DNA from: Diadema antillarum
Taxonomy: Eukaryota
Length of the DNA: 64,000 bases
Reading direction: 5' to 3'
Assembly (NCBI RefSeq): GCF_040938485.1
Contig: NW_027272500.1
Span: forward strand, 186,001-250,000
Within the stretch, counting starts at the first letter, position 1. Each line of letters starts with the position of its first letter. The notes under the pieces were generated by a model, which was given only the letters and a program-made list of their open reading frames with translations, did no database searches and had not been told where the DNA came from. Below are positions 34,601 through 47,300 of the stretch, piece after piece. Position numbers and translations under genes: made by a program.

Positions 34601-37165
34601 ACGTATAATTATAAGCGTCATAATTATCCATTTGCAACACAACTTTCACTCACTGATTTACTGCTTCACACTCTTTAGTTGTCAACAGAGAAACAAACTG
34701 AAATGACGTATTGTGAAAATAAAAACCATTGTAGGAAACTATTATTCAGCTTACCACTGAGGTAAAGATTTATGAGAAGAAGCCAAGTATGCTGCAACAC
34801 TCGGCTGGCAATCATTGTGACGAGATTCCTGTATGATATAGTGCTGATGGAAAAAAGGGGGAAATCAATCAATTAACAATCAATCAATCCGTAACTGACA
34901 TCACCAATTATCATAAGCGAAGCGATATGAGGTAAATCATTAGCAAAATCATTATGTTCGATTGCCGTGGTTTTACGAGGAGTTGAAATGCAAAATAAGG
35001 ATGTCACTGATTCAAAAAGAAAAAAACGAAAGTTTGGTTAATAACATTTGTTTATTGATATCCTCACACCTACTCTCGAGTTAATTTCTCTTCAAAAATG
35101 GATAGAAGTCGAAACGGTGAAAAGTTGTAAGATTCGCCAATCTTCAGACATAAACTTCTCTACCTCCTTACCACGAAACTCGTATCAAATCTAGTTCGGT
35201 TTCATGCATTCAAAATGTCTTCTTTATATGAAGTCACGGGAAGGTACGTGTCAGAGCCTACTCGCATGGTGAAATTCACAAGATTCATCCGCGTAGCGTG
35301 ATTAGTCATTTAGTTTCCTGATTCACAAGCGAACACGATTTTTGTAATGGGATCTTGTTCTTATATTTCACTTTAAATGAATATCATTTGATGAGCTCTT
35401 CATCTTGCAGCTTCAGTGAAGGATATCAGATTTAGACTGCACATTCTTGTCTCTCTTACACTTATATTAGATGTGAACAATTTACTATAAAATATACAGT
35501 GAAGTTGGAATATATCGATACAGGGTCACTTTCGCCAACTTCGACAAATTCCCTTGTATCTTAGAAAATAAATCTAGCCTGTTTTCTGCAGTTTAGAGAA
35601 ACAGAAAAAAAAAATCAAGCAATTTTGCAAAAGTGGTGTAATCAGCGTGTGAAGTGTCTCGTGAATTTAAATTACAGGACGTTTCTTACCAGACTAATGG
35701 TATTTAGATTTGAAAAGCGCGTAACACAAATCAAAGCACTAATGTAAGTATATAGGAATGAAAGAACTAGAAACAATACATTCATATACGATTGCATTGT
35801 AAGTCCTTGCATTTGCCACTTAGTTATATAAGGGATTTTTAAAACAAAATTTTCACATCTCTGAGAAAATCACGATCTTCAAGCACATTCAAGGGTCACC
35901 TCAAATGAAAAAAGAAAATAAAGAGAACATATCATTGCCTTCTAAATAATTTGAATTTGATGAAACCCATTGTAATGTAATTTAACGATTAATGCTGCAA
36001 GTTATATACGCACTCAGACAGGTGTGCCCTAAATTTATAGAAGGTATTTAGTAAATTATTATTTAACAGCATCCATTTCATTCATTTACCGATGAAAGAT
36101 GAAATAAAAAGAGTATAGAGAAAGATTCGTAAGCGAATAACTTTTAGTTTAAATGTGAGTAGTAACATCTCAGGCATTTTAATGTATCCATTTTAAAAAG
36201 ACGAGTTTCCCATGCTGGGAAACAAAACACTGCCTTTCAGTCCTAGATCATGTAGCATCTTAAATCCTACACTATTTCTCCCTCTCTATTGACATGATAC
36301 TTTATCCTTCTATCATCTCATGTCTCAGTACTCTTGTTTTCACTGCCCGTCTATTATTACCGGTTTTTGTTGACTTTTGTCATTATTATATTCCTTGACG
36401 TTAATAATCACACCGTACTTCCTCCATTACATGCATACGGTGCCAGATACACAGGGAGGGACGTTAGATGTGTACACAGATACATGAATCAACTTTCATG
36501 TGTAGCAACTCGAATATGCAACCACCATTAAGTGCGTTTGTGAGTGTGTGTCTGTGCATCTTTGCATAGTCGTATGTTTTTCAGATGTAAAATACTGACT
36601 TGATTCTATGATGATGTAGATAAGGAGATATGGAGAAGAATAAACGTATTTTAGTCTTTCCAAAGTCTATTATTCGTTTGATTTCCCATGACCAACCAGG
36701 CAAACTATTCTATAAGAGATGACGAAAAAGCACTTGAAACAGCTGCTGAAGCACTCTAATAATTATTATTATTTCAACATGTATTCAAACAAAATCAATA
36801 TTTTTAAAAGAAATCACTATTTCTGTAATATTTCAAGACGGTATTTTAAATTTCAACATATAACATGACATTGATGCATGTCCAAACAATTTTAATTTCT
36901 ATTTTAAAAGATAAAAGTTATGAAAAGTTCAACACATGGCATAAGAAGACAGGGTGGGTGTCTGCACATTCAATTGTGGTTATAATCAACCGAAGTACAG
37001 TTGTTTTGTTTTTTTAAACGAATGGGTTGTTTCTTTCTAAACTCATGTATTACTAATACATTCAATGTCTGTAAAACAGAAGAAAAAACTGATGGTTACA
37101 GGAAATGCTGTCGGATGATGTATTGTTTCGGTATTCTGTCTGCTAGAACCCTCGCATGCCACCTC
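19339..37165 (-). CDS. Copy B: SP-(Ig-a)-X-SRCR-(Ig-b)-D1-D2-D2'-D3-D4-TM receptor; D2' has a nonsense codon (about 674 aa if D2' is skipped)
   Basis: Exons: 37100-37165, 34755-34828 (ATG 34815), 33884-34056, 30151-30223, 29447-29755, 27785-27913, 24753-25034, 23048-23335, 21638-21925, 20722-21000, 20047-20340, 19339-19475. TAA at 21861-21863 in D2'. Confidence 0.7.
20047..20340 (-). CDS. Copy B stalk domain D4 (Ig-like, 5 Cys)
   Basis: ctcatag|GT CAC...AAA G|gtatta, 294 nt; LVITCHV..DQPFP...RCINVTCSGTNGIG...HCP. Confidence 0.8.
20722..21000 (-). CDS. Copy B stalk domain D3 (Ig-like, 4 Cys)
   Basis: ttcctcag|AC CCA...ACA G|gtaagt, 279 nt; LNISCHVDPINQPFP...RCIDISCTGINQFG...YCP. Confidence 0.85.
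21638..21925 (-). pseudogene. Copy B duplicated stalk exon D2' with premature TAA
   Basis: Near copy of 23048-23335, 288 nt, splice sites intact; GAC TAA GAC where D2 has GAC AAA GAC (21861-21863). Confidence 0.8.
22301..22661. mobile_element. 361-bp MITE with about 95-bp TIRs and TTAA TSD (Kolobok-like)
   Basis: ttaa|AGGGGATGGCTAGTAAC...GTTACTAGCCATCCCCT|ttaa; RR..YY termini with TTAA fit Kolobok rather than piggyBac. Confidence 0.8.
23048..23335 (-). CDS. Copy B stalk domain D2 (Ig-like, 4 Cys)
   Basis: cgtag|AA ACC...AGG G|gtgagc, 288 nt; LLILCRANLSDQSYP...RCIDVTCSATNGIG...HCP. Confidence 0.85.
24753..25034 (-). CDS. Copy B stalk domain D1 (Ig-like, 5 Cys)
   Basis: gtgacag|AC GCT...TGT G|gtaagt, 282 nt; LQVTCHVNPRDQPFP...GCVEISCTGINEIG...HCVRSC. 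Confidence 0.85.
25910..26350. mobile_element. Degenerate repeat with TTCCGAA/TTCGGA inverted motifs
   Basis: attccgaaggttcg...aatccgaa on the left, ttcggatt...ttcggagtaacggacct on the right. Confidence 0.35.
27785..27913 (-). CDS. Copy B Ig-b exon
   Basis: 129 nt, phase 1/1; TARVDTYNVRSELTLTPTVADHGGVLQCHLLSSEQSRTLQVQ, donor gtaaga. Confidence 0.85.
29447..29755 (-). CDS. Copy B SRCR exon
   Basis: ttccag|TG AGA...GAC C|gtaagt, 309 nt, full SRCR signature. Confidence 0.95.
30151..30223 (-). CDS. Copy B exon X
   Basis: 73 nt; TLFKSTAATLYRCSSRITTCPGYA; donor gtgagt. Confidence 0.6.
33884..34056 (-). CDS. Copy B Ig-a exon
   Basis: ttttgcag|CT GGA; GLTMNLEVPSPLRAGREVTAVCSGNDVPGSAAPTWYLNGVQITSGFTTTSEVIEQQI; 3' end uncertain. 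Confidence 0.7.
34170..34470. mobile_element. Degenerate copy of the TTAA/AGGGAT MITE family
   Basis: Body similar to 46797-47181 (aagaattcaaagtt..tttga.gaaaatt, gaaatggctgagatat). Confidence 0.5.
34755..34828 (-). CDS. Copy B signal-peptide exon
   Basis: catacag|GAATC...AGT G|gtaagc; MIASRVLQHTWLLLINLYLS. Confidence 0.75.
37100..37165 (-). other. Copy B 66-nt 5' exon
   Basis: tatttctttgcag|GAGGTGGCATG...TTTCCT|gtaacc; the clear acceptor implies a further upstream exon that was not identified. Confidence 0.55.
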
Positions 37166-39139
37166 CTGCAAAGAAATACTTACAAAATTCCTCTCATACT
37201 GCTAAGCTGTTTTCGCCTAATTACATTTCGAAAATTGGAGTCCAGCCTTCATGCAGTAAGTGATCTCAAATAGGAATAACTTGCGTACATTAGGCCTATG
37301 TTCTTTTGTAGAAATCCAGTGTATAAACTATTCAAAAAAGTAAGGTAGTCTAATGTATATCACATTAAATACAAATGAATTGGTTACTTATTTCAAATAC
37401 AATATGAACTGGAGCAGTGTAAGTTCAGAGAATAAATACACGGGTGCCTAGAAGTTTGCCTGCCTTTCAATCACGATTTCAGGATAGGTGGTCATGCGTT
37501 ATTTTTCTTCATGGTTCTTTTTCGCTCCAATTCTTCTTACGTAAGTTTCAAGATCCTTTCATAACTCATTTGTTGGTCATCTTCTTCAACTGAGAACACC
37601 ATTATTCGTATCATGTCAAGTCACTTTCCTTTGTTTCCTTGTAAACTTTATTCTAATGCTACATTTTATCAAATAACAAAACAAAATTTAAGTGAATTAT
37701 GCAAAGTAATGTAAGCAAACGTGTAAGATAGTTTTGTCCTTGGATGAGAATGGGAACTGTTGGCAACAGAAAAAGGAGTCATGGAAGAGGTTTGTGAGGA
37801 GTGGAGAATGGAGAAAAAAAAAGTAAATACGCCAAAAAGAGCCAGCTAGGGAAATTTAAATGACTTGATAATTACACAAACAAAAACAAGATAATATATT
37901 TAACACATGTCATAAAATATGTCCTAAGCGTCATTTTACTTTAATAGACAAAATGAAAAAAGAGGATTTTTCTTAACTATTGTCAACCATTACTATTAGA
38001 ATGACGATTTTGCTCATCTACTGATATCAGCAGTAAGCAGAGAAAATTTGTCTTACTGAGGAATTCACTGTCTGCTCTGGTCTATGTGTACAGATTACCG
38101 TCACGTGAATCTTGTCTAGTTCTTTTAAACATGTACTATATTGCGATTAATTCTGAATTACAGATTAAGAATTTTATTTTGTAGAACAGGTTTTTTTTTT
38201 TTTTTTTTGGGGGGGGGGTTAAATATATAATTGGAGAAAAATTCGAGAAATTCTTTGACTGAGGTCAGAAATAAAAAGCATGCACACAACAATTTCCTTA
38301 GAAAAATGTGCATGTAATTATCTAATAAGTACTAATTGAGGAAGAGAAGGAATAATAATTAAGAATGCTGACGTGTGTTAGGTTTAATGTTATAACAGTG
38401 GAGTAGGTCTACAAGAGGAATGTTACATGGTAATCGTTAACTTCTGATTGGCTAGGCCAGCTTTGGTGAGATCAACAATCACAGCTCAGAAGAAGTTGAG
38501 GGCTAGAGGGCTTTCACAAATCTCACGCCATCGCAGTTTTCAATTCAATTTAATTCAATTTCAACTTAATTTAATTTTTTTTTCGAAAAGAACATAAACA
38601 TTTCACTTTCTTTTGTAACAGAGAATAAGATTGCATAATCAAAATAAAGTAAATTGAGAAAAATATAATCGTGGAACCTTGGAGTTACAAATACGCTGTC
38701 ATGAAAATTGACTGAAGTGATATAGACGATATAACAATACGTAAAACATCGAAAAATGGAGGACCCCACTAAAAAGACAAGGCATGTAGAATGTAGGCCC
38801 CTCAGGTACAGAATGTCAAATAGAAAAAGAAATAACTGATGCAAAAAGGGGGGGGGGGGAAGGCTGGAAAAAAGTCAGAAAAAAGCCTTGAAGACCACTA
38901 AGAAGACAGAGTTACAAACAGATACACATACACACGCGAATAAAAATTTGAACGGGACTGGGACGACGAAACTAATAAAGGAAGACTAAAAGACAAGACA
39001 GAATGAGACAAGACATAACATAACAGGAAGAAAATATAGACCTAGGCCTGAGAAAATTCAGATATGACAATATTAGTGTAAGCATTTTCTTTATCGGTTT
39101 GTGTCATCAAATAAGTTATACCTTATGTCTGTGTAAATG

Positions 39140-39183
<44 letters not shown>

Positions 39184-39618
39184 ATATAACTTTAATATGT
39201 TCCTAGTACTTTCCTACGTCTTGACTTGAATTGATTGAATGCAAAAGTGAAAATAATTTTAAAAAATCCAAGCACACACACGTCTTGTATCATGTATAGC
39301 TGAATAAGTGAGCAAAATTCTGAAAGCTTTTCCAACTTTTCTTTCATATGCAGGGCGGATTTTACCATTATCGCTGAACACAGCTTTCCCTTTAATACGT
39401 ACATGTTCATCAAATCATCACAACTAACACACATACGAGAAGAAAAAGAGATATCACACAGGAATCCCATTCGGTCTAACCAAGGCAGGAATGACCTTAA
39501 ATACAACACAACTGCCTAGAAATTCAGAAAATGACTTCATACAAGCAAAGGTAACACTTGCGTATATATAATGTCATATGAAATTAACTTTACGATAGAG
39601 TTTATGTTGAGACTGCAG

Positions 39619-39667
<49 letters not shown>

Positions 39668-39824
39668 TCATTATATAGTATTATATAACCATACGTCGAA
39701 ACCTCCAAAACTGCCATTGTCAACAAACTTTTCGGACGCAAAATGATTTTGATTGCGAATAGTAAAAATTTAAATTGTCACAAAGGTTGTCAAAAAAAAT
39801 ACAGAATTGCACTTAACATTATAA

Positions 39825-39864
<40 letters not shown>

Positions 39865-39899
39865 CCCGTGAGTCGGTAATATGTTTGTCATGGTATTGT

Positions 39900-39948
<49 letters not shown>

Positions 39949-40442
39949 AACCAATACAAGAAATTACTGGCATTATAAAAACACATTGATGAAATCAGAT
40001 GACAGATAAAAAGACATCATTTTTAATCTTTACTGGGTAATATCCTTTGCACAATCAAATAAAATAGATCCACGTTATAAGATTCGGTTTATCAGTTACC
40101 AAACATGACTGGAGTCATGCAGTATTTAAGCAAAATACATTCTTAGTATTAACCTAACTGTAGCTTGTTCACTAATCAATAATGCAATGAAATTGATATT
40201 AAAAATAGGTATTAGGTATGGCTTTCAAATATCAGTGTTATGAAATGTTATTGATTACAGAGGTCCGAAACAAAAATAAACAGCGGTTTGAGCAACATGA
40301 ATAGAGACATTTGGTAATAGAGCTGTCTTTTTTCATCACAATGTTATTTTTTTTTTAATTCAGAATCAAATAGTAAAATGACTTGAAAGAAATAAAAAAA
40401 ATCCTACTCGTTCTTATTCTTACCATGTGCCAAATACATTTA

Positions 40443-40900
40443 TCAAGAATGATACGAAAAAATGAATATCATGATAGTTTTAGAACAGTACTTGACAGCA
40501 CTTAAGTGATGAACAGGTAGGCCTAATTATGTAAAGAAAAAAAGATAACACAGAAGCTTTTTTCTCCCCAGCTTTATGAGTATCCCTGTTTTAAGTAAAA
40601 TGAGCGCTTTATCAGAGTTTATCATTATCATTGAATAAAATGTAAAGAGTTCAACCTGCAACTGTTAAACTGTTCAAGAATGATACGAAAAAATGAATAT
40701 CATGATAGTTTTAGAACAGTACTTGACAGCACTTAAGTGATGAACAGGTAGGCCTAATTATGTAAAGAAAAAAAGATAACACAGAAGCTTTTATCTCCCC
40801 AGCTTTATGAGTATCCCTGTTTTAAGTAAAATGAGCGCTTTATCAGAGTTTATCATTATCATTGAATAAAATGTAAAGAGTTCAACCTGCAACTGTTAAA
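40443..40900. repeat. 231-bp near-perfect tandem duplication
   Basis: 40443-40669 repeated at 40674-40900 with one mismatch seen. Confidence 0.9.
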
Positions 40901-41251
40901 GCAAGTCATAATGCTACATATTCATGAAAACAATCAAATCGCATGAAATCGATACATTTGCAATACAGATATCGATACGTCCAGTCTTAAATGAAATGAA
41001 TATCTGTGGTTTAATAATAAGCAGGAATGAAACAAGACGCAGATGTAGTGTTTAAGAAAGAGCATGAAGCAAAACGAAAAAAGTATCCTATCATAGACAA
41101 AAACAACAACAAAAAGAAAACAAAACAAAACAAATATGGTTATCCCTGTCATGATTAAGAAGGTCAGATTGAAGACGAAGGTTAAGCTTTATTCAGCAGA
41201 AGCAATTAAACAGAAAAAAAAGGTTTGAATGTAATACAGGGCGTTTAATTT

Positions 41252-41388
41252 TCAAAAGACAGTGGCCTCTCTTCTCTTGACTATTACTGTCGCACAGGTC
41301 AACAACGACAGGAAGAACACGGCGACGAGCAGGGCGTACATGGTCGACGATTGTTGGAGAAATCCTCGACGAAGACCAGCAATTGGAC
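41252..41388 (-). CDS. Copy C TM/tail exon
   Basis: ctacag|GT CCA; PIAGLRRGFLQQSSTMYALLVAVFFLSLLTCATVIVKRREATVF*. Confidence 0.85.
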
Positions 41389-44300
41389 CTGTAGTAATGC
41401 AGGACCAGATGTTAAGTGAGTGAAAATCACTTCGACAGAACGGAAAAAAGAACTATAAAGACGTTATGAGGAAATTTCATTCTGCGTCTAGACTGTAAGA
41501 CCCCTGATTTTCTCGTCCACTTACATACAACTGATCGTATCACCTACAGGATGCAATAATGTATGAGTTTGACACCGTCTTTCAGTGTTTCGTAGGAGTT
41601 AACTACAACTGACAAACAAACACACACACACACACACAGATTCCTGCTTTCGAGTGAATTATACTATTAGAACATGTCTTACAAAATCGAGTCAAATTGG
41701 TATATTTATTTAGAGTTTATGAAAACACTCCATGACTTCTTTACGTATTTCTATTACAAATGTGTTTATTTCTCTGTTTATTTGATGGTAATGAAAATAA
41801 TTTCAAACTTGGAACTTGAACTTTGAATCATCATCGGAGTACCTCGCGCTGACTTTAATACCTTTATCCGAGCCCAAAGTTGGACAGTGTTCAGCACTTG
41901 TGTAGGTCCAACCAATCCCGTTAGTCCCAGAGCACGTGACATTTATGCACCTGTTGCCTGGGCGTGGTCTGAAGAGAGCCGAGGCGCAGCTGGACGAGGA
42001 AAGCGTGGTGTTGTCGACTCCGATGGTGTAAGTGTGAAGGTGTGGGAACGGCTGGTCTTGAAGACTAATGTGACACGTGATGACGAGAATGACCTGGCTT
42101 CTTTCCCCATTGATCTCCTGAGTCTCAATGGAGAGGATGTTCCTCGCTGGGGGCGCTTGACCTATGAGAGAGGATACAATGTATGTGTCTTCATCCAAAA
42201 GCAGAACAAACTTATTCTCGACAAGTTCATTAAAAACAAAAAGTACATAGTATTATAACCATAAAATATTGTCACTTAGAATAATTTATGAAATAAACAA
42301 GCCATTTGTTTTCTCTTTAATTGTCTTATCTCCACCCATAACAAGCCTATAAAACTTGCCTAAACAAAACATAATAAAGAAATCAAAAAGCCGAAATAAT
42401 ATATGTGACCCTGCACCTCAAAACAAACAAAAAGTCGCCAGACATGAATTTTTAGTTAAGACCATATTCTGAAAGAGCAGACTTTAAGCTTTAAAATGAT
42501 GTATAACTCAAATCAAATGGACTCTCCTAACCTATCTAAATATTGGAAAGAAAGCAAAAACTCAGGAAAAGTGTGAACTGAGAAAAGAGGCTCTGAAGTA
42601 CAGTGTCTATTCAAGCGCTTAATCTTTACCAAACCGTGCTGGCTGTGCGATGAATGGGACAAAAAACAGGAAGTAAACCTCCAGAGTAACAACAATGAAG
42701 GGATTATCAGATTAAACTGAAATTAAGCATGCCTCATTAACACATTCTGTCCATAATTAATGCCAACTTTCAATGCAGTAGCCTTATCTTTTCAAAAGTT
42801 ATTAAAGTTGAAAGTGAAGAGTGTGGACAAGGTTTTTCAGAAATGAAAAAGGGACTCTAAAGACACACCTAATCACACTATTCTACCAAAAATGTTTGAA
42901 ATAAACTGCTAAAAAACCACACTTTCCTGCCCATTTTATGATACCAAATTTTAGCATAATGTAAAAGAAGACCCACTCTTTCAGAAAATACGAAAAAGTC
43001 AAGTTCGGCTAAGTTGACCCATTTCACTTATTTTCAGTCCTCACGCAAAATCAGTGTGTGCGACTTTATGTTCGTTTTGAGGTGCACAGTCACATATAAA
43101 AGCATTTAAACACATTTGAACATGAACTCTCAATCAAATAAGAAATATCATCTATTATCCTTTCTATTATTATCAGAAGCTATAAGGAATCTACCTGGTC
43201 TCAGTGGGCAGTAGTTCCACGTAGAAACCGTCTCCCCGAATTGATTGATACCGGTACACGATATATCGATACACCGGTTGGGTTGACCTTCCATGATCGT
43301 TGAAGATGCGTTTGACCTTGACAAAATGTCTCCATCAGCGGTGATTTCGAAGACACCGATCGGTGGAAACGGTTGATCGATCGGATCCACGTGACATGAG
43401 ATACTGAGATTCGTTCCCCACTCATCCTTGTCTTCTTCTACCTTGATAGAAATGATGTTAGGCGCAGGTGGGTCTGAGAAATGGAAAGAGATGTACATGG
43501 GGTGTAGTACAAAAAGTTGACAAAAGTTGAGGAGGCCTTATAGCATAATGTATTGCTTTAAACATAGACATGAATCCGGCTTTATGGACACAATGTGTTG
43601 GAAGTGTGCACTAAATAATGCCAGCGCTAAAGCAGGCAATTGGAAAGGACTTAATAAAGTTAAACAAGACACAATTACTTTATGAAGGAGACATGTAGCA
43701 TCTCCTTAATTAAGTAATAATGACCATGTAAAGTTTCTCTAGGGCTGGATCCAATGCACACGTCAAACGAGTCTTACTTCGGGTAAAGCGCTAAAGCAGA
43801 ACAATGAAATTCTGTATTATATTTTGTTGTGAAAGGAAGCCTTCTTCAATTACAAACATTGTTTGGTTGTTTGTAATACATTAACATTAATGAAAGGGGA
43901 AAAGTCCATATTCCTGGACAGAAATTAAACTTAATGAATGGCAGATCTCTGATATTTTCAGCTTTTCCCACGAATCCCTAAAGTCCCGAATTACTCCATA
44001 CCATTGCAAATGATTTCCAAAATTTACAAGAACATGTCCCGTAAAGGATTTCTACAGAAGAAATAACTCTATTAATCAATGCCGTGGAGACGATGGGAGA
44101 GAGGTACTTTTTGATTTCCTATTGCTCACCCCTCGGACAGTGCTTTGCCAACGTGGAAGTAATTCCGACGCCATTAGTAGCGGAACACGTGACATTAATA
44201 CACCTGTTTGGGCGTGGTCTCAAGACGGCCGAGGTCCAGCTCGCGTTGGACAGGATGGTCCCATCAACTCCAATTGAATACGAATGGAGGTACGGGTACG

Positions 44301-47300
44301 GCTGGTCGGTCAGGTTCGCTCTGCACAGGATTAGTAGATTCATCTGACGGCCTTTGTCTAGGAACTCCGAAGTCTTGATCGACAAGATATCAGATGCGGG
44401 GAGTTCGCCACTGGTTTCTAGTGAAAATGAAAGACGTGCAGTTACAATGTTATAACTAATTACGCTCCATAGGTAGTCAGAAGAGTGACACTAGTAATAA
44501 AAACGAAATTATCCAACTAGTTTATGCTGGTTTTGTTGGAAATCCTTGTAATGGCAGTGGAATAGTGACATTGATAATAGTTCCAAATCTCCCTGTAGTG
44601 GTTATGACCGTCATCAAATTACAAGTGTTCCAAAGCCAAAGCTTACTTCATGTAGTGACCCTATCAAGTATTACAAAATCTCGGATGGCTTTGGAGTGTG
44701 ATAGATACTTGGTGCCTAATATCATAGCAGGATTCAAAATTGCAAATGTGTTCTTACCGCAGCTTTTGGTACAGTACGTCTGTGTGCTGGTCGTCCTACC
44801 GATCTCATTATCACCGGTGCAGGAGATTTCTACGCATCCACTAGGAAGAGGGTCAAGGGTCACCGAAGGGGAGTTTGAAGATGACTGAATGACGTCATTG
44901 ATTGCAATGTCGTATGTACTGATTGATGGAAATGGTTAATCACATAGGTTGACGTGACACGTGATGTTAAGGTCATTGGTTTCGTGTTCATCCTGGAGAT
45001 GGCGGATCTGGATGAGGATGATATTATCCCCGGGGGCATCTGTCACGTTAACAAAGGCAGACAGCTAGTCTGGTCACTGCTGATTGAAGTCTACCTCAGG
45101 TTATACTATCTAATTTTATACACTGTTGGTCATAAACATTGAATGAATCATTTTAGACTTAATTCAAACGTTTCTGTTAGTATTTGCTATGGTCTACACA
45201 AACGGAAACGGTAGATGAGTAATTATGTATCCTGTCCCAATTATACAGGGAATGTCCTAACATTGTGGAAATGTGTCTTACGTAATAATGTCGTTTGTTC
45301 GAGACTATAAAATCCTTTACATGGAGAATTCCGTCTCCTCCAGGCAGGTTTTTGAGCTCTTTGAATCGTTTGCAATAAAAATCGGTAGAGATGATCCCTG
45401 GGCTATTCCTTGCCTAATGTATAATACTACGCGAGAGAGCTGCAGCACTGCGGCAGGAGGGCTTCAAAAAATATAATATTTAGAATATCGTCGGAACATC
45501 AAAGAGTACAATTTGTGAGATCCTGAAACGTCAAAGTGATGCATGGAAAGTGCGTGTGTATTTTACTCCTGTCTGTGTTTTGCAGGATTAGTAAAGTTTT
45601 TTATTTGATCTGAATTCTTAAACATGATGGCTTGTCTTTTTACAACCATTAAACAATATCATAAAGTAGCCTAACAATCTTGAATAACCCTCGAATTACA
45701 TCATTCAAAAAAGCTTATCTCAATCATGCGGAATTTGCCCAATATTTTCCAACCCCAAAATTATTGTTTTAAAGAAAATATACTTACGTTGGACTTGCAA
45801 TGTTCTGGTCTGTTCGCTGCTGAGAACCTTGCACTGAAGGACGCCCTCATGGTCAGCTACCGTCGGAGTTAATGCCAGCTCGCTGCGAACGTTGTACGTT
45901 TTTACTTTGACGGTTCCTTAAAGAGAGAGAGAGAGAGGGAGGGAGAGGAAGCAAAATGATATTAAACGGGTCATTATTTTGATAATTCAATATTAATCTT
46001 AACTTGTTTGACCGTAAGGAAGGACCATGAACCATTAACATCCTCTAGTTATAGATCGCAATCTGATTCGTCAAGATATTCTCTTGAAAATGAAATCTTT
46101 AAGAACTTTTGTCAAAAAGAATCATATTAGCGAACTTAAGAAGAATCGCATTTCCAGAGCAGCTATTATAGTGCTGTCTAATCCATAAAACTTGTAACAA
46201 ATATAGATGTAGTAGGGGAAATGATAAATAATGTTCATATTTGAATGTGGCATTTTTTATAGTGTGAAGGATATATTCCTCCACCACCCCACCCAGTGAC
46301 TATTACTGTTGTTGTTTTGGGGATTTAATCCTTTTCGGTGATACAATGCGTGTCATCAGTAGACATTCTAGTGTCATCCAAGACCGAGTCCGAGTCAAAA
46401 CACTTTGAATCCACGTCTGTTTCAAATCATATGTCCTCTAAATATGAAATCATCGTAATAAAAACATCCCAAGCTTTAAAACCATCACTTATTGAGATAC
46501 AGTACATGTATTTGGCTATCTGAACTACCTCTTTATATAGGAAATAGTTTTCCCCCAAATTTCTACGAATACATGGACGGATTTATCTTGTCACTCTTTC
46601 GTCTGTCCTATGACACACATTTCTAGTTATTTCAAAGGAAACCAAAACCCAAATATGAATGCGGATTAAGAAAAAACAGCAATATTTAAGTAGGACGTGA
46701 TTATTAATGAAGTTTTTAAGAACAGTAAACAATTGATTCAAAATGTATAATATACTGTTGATTATGGATATCGTTATAAACTTTTGCACGTGTTAAAGGG
46801 ATAGTACAGTTTTGGTTGAGATGAGAAATAGGCTTTCGAATTTTTGCAAGATACTAAGAAAACACTTATGATATAGCACAGAGCATACCATTTTAAGAGG
46901 AATTCAAAGTTTTTATTTTGATGAAAATCGGGTTTGGAATAACTGAAACATCCAAAAACAAAGTAAAACAAAGCGATGGTTATAAAGTGTGGGTCCCACA
47001 CTTTATTAGAATCGTTCTTTTTTGGATATCTCAGCCATTTCAAAACCAATTTTTATCAAATAAACGTTGAATTCCTCATAAAATTGCATGCTCTTTCATA
47101 TTTCATATGAGATTTCTCATTATCTCACATAAAAATGTTAGAAACCTGAAATTAGGTCTCAACCAGAACTGTACGATCCCTTTAAGGGTCATCATATCAC
47201 TTTTTTATTATCCTTGCAAAGTATACATTTTTTTTCTTTTCATTCAATTCATTTGTAGGCCCTACATAAATTTTGTAATATACTTTGTGATTCAAGCTGT

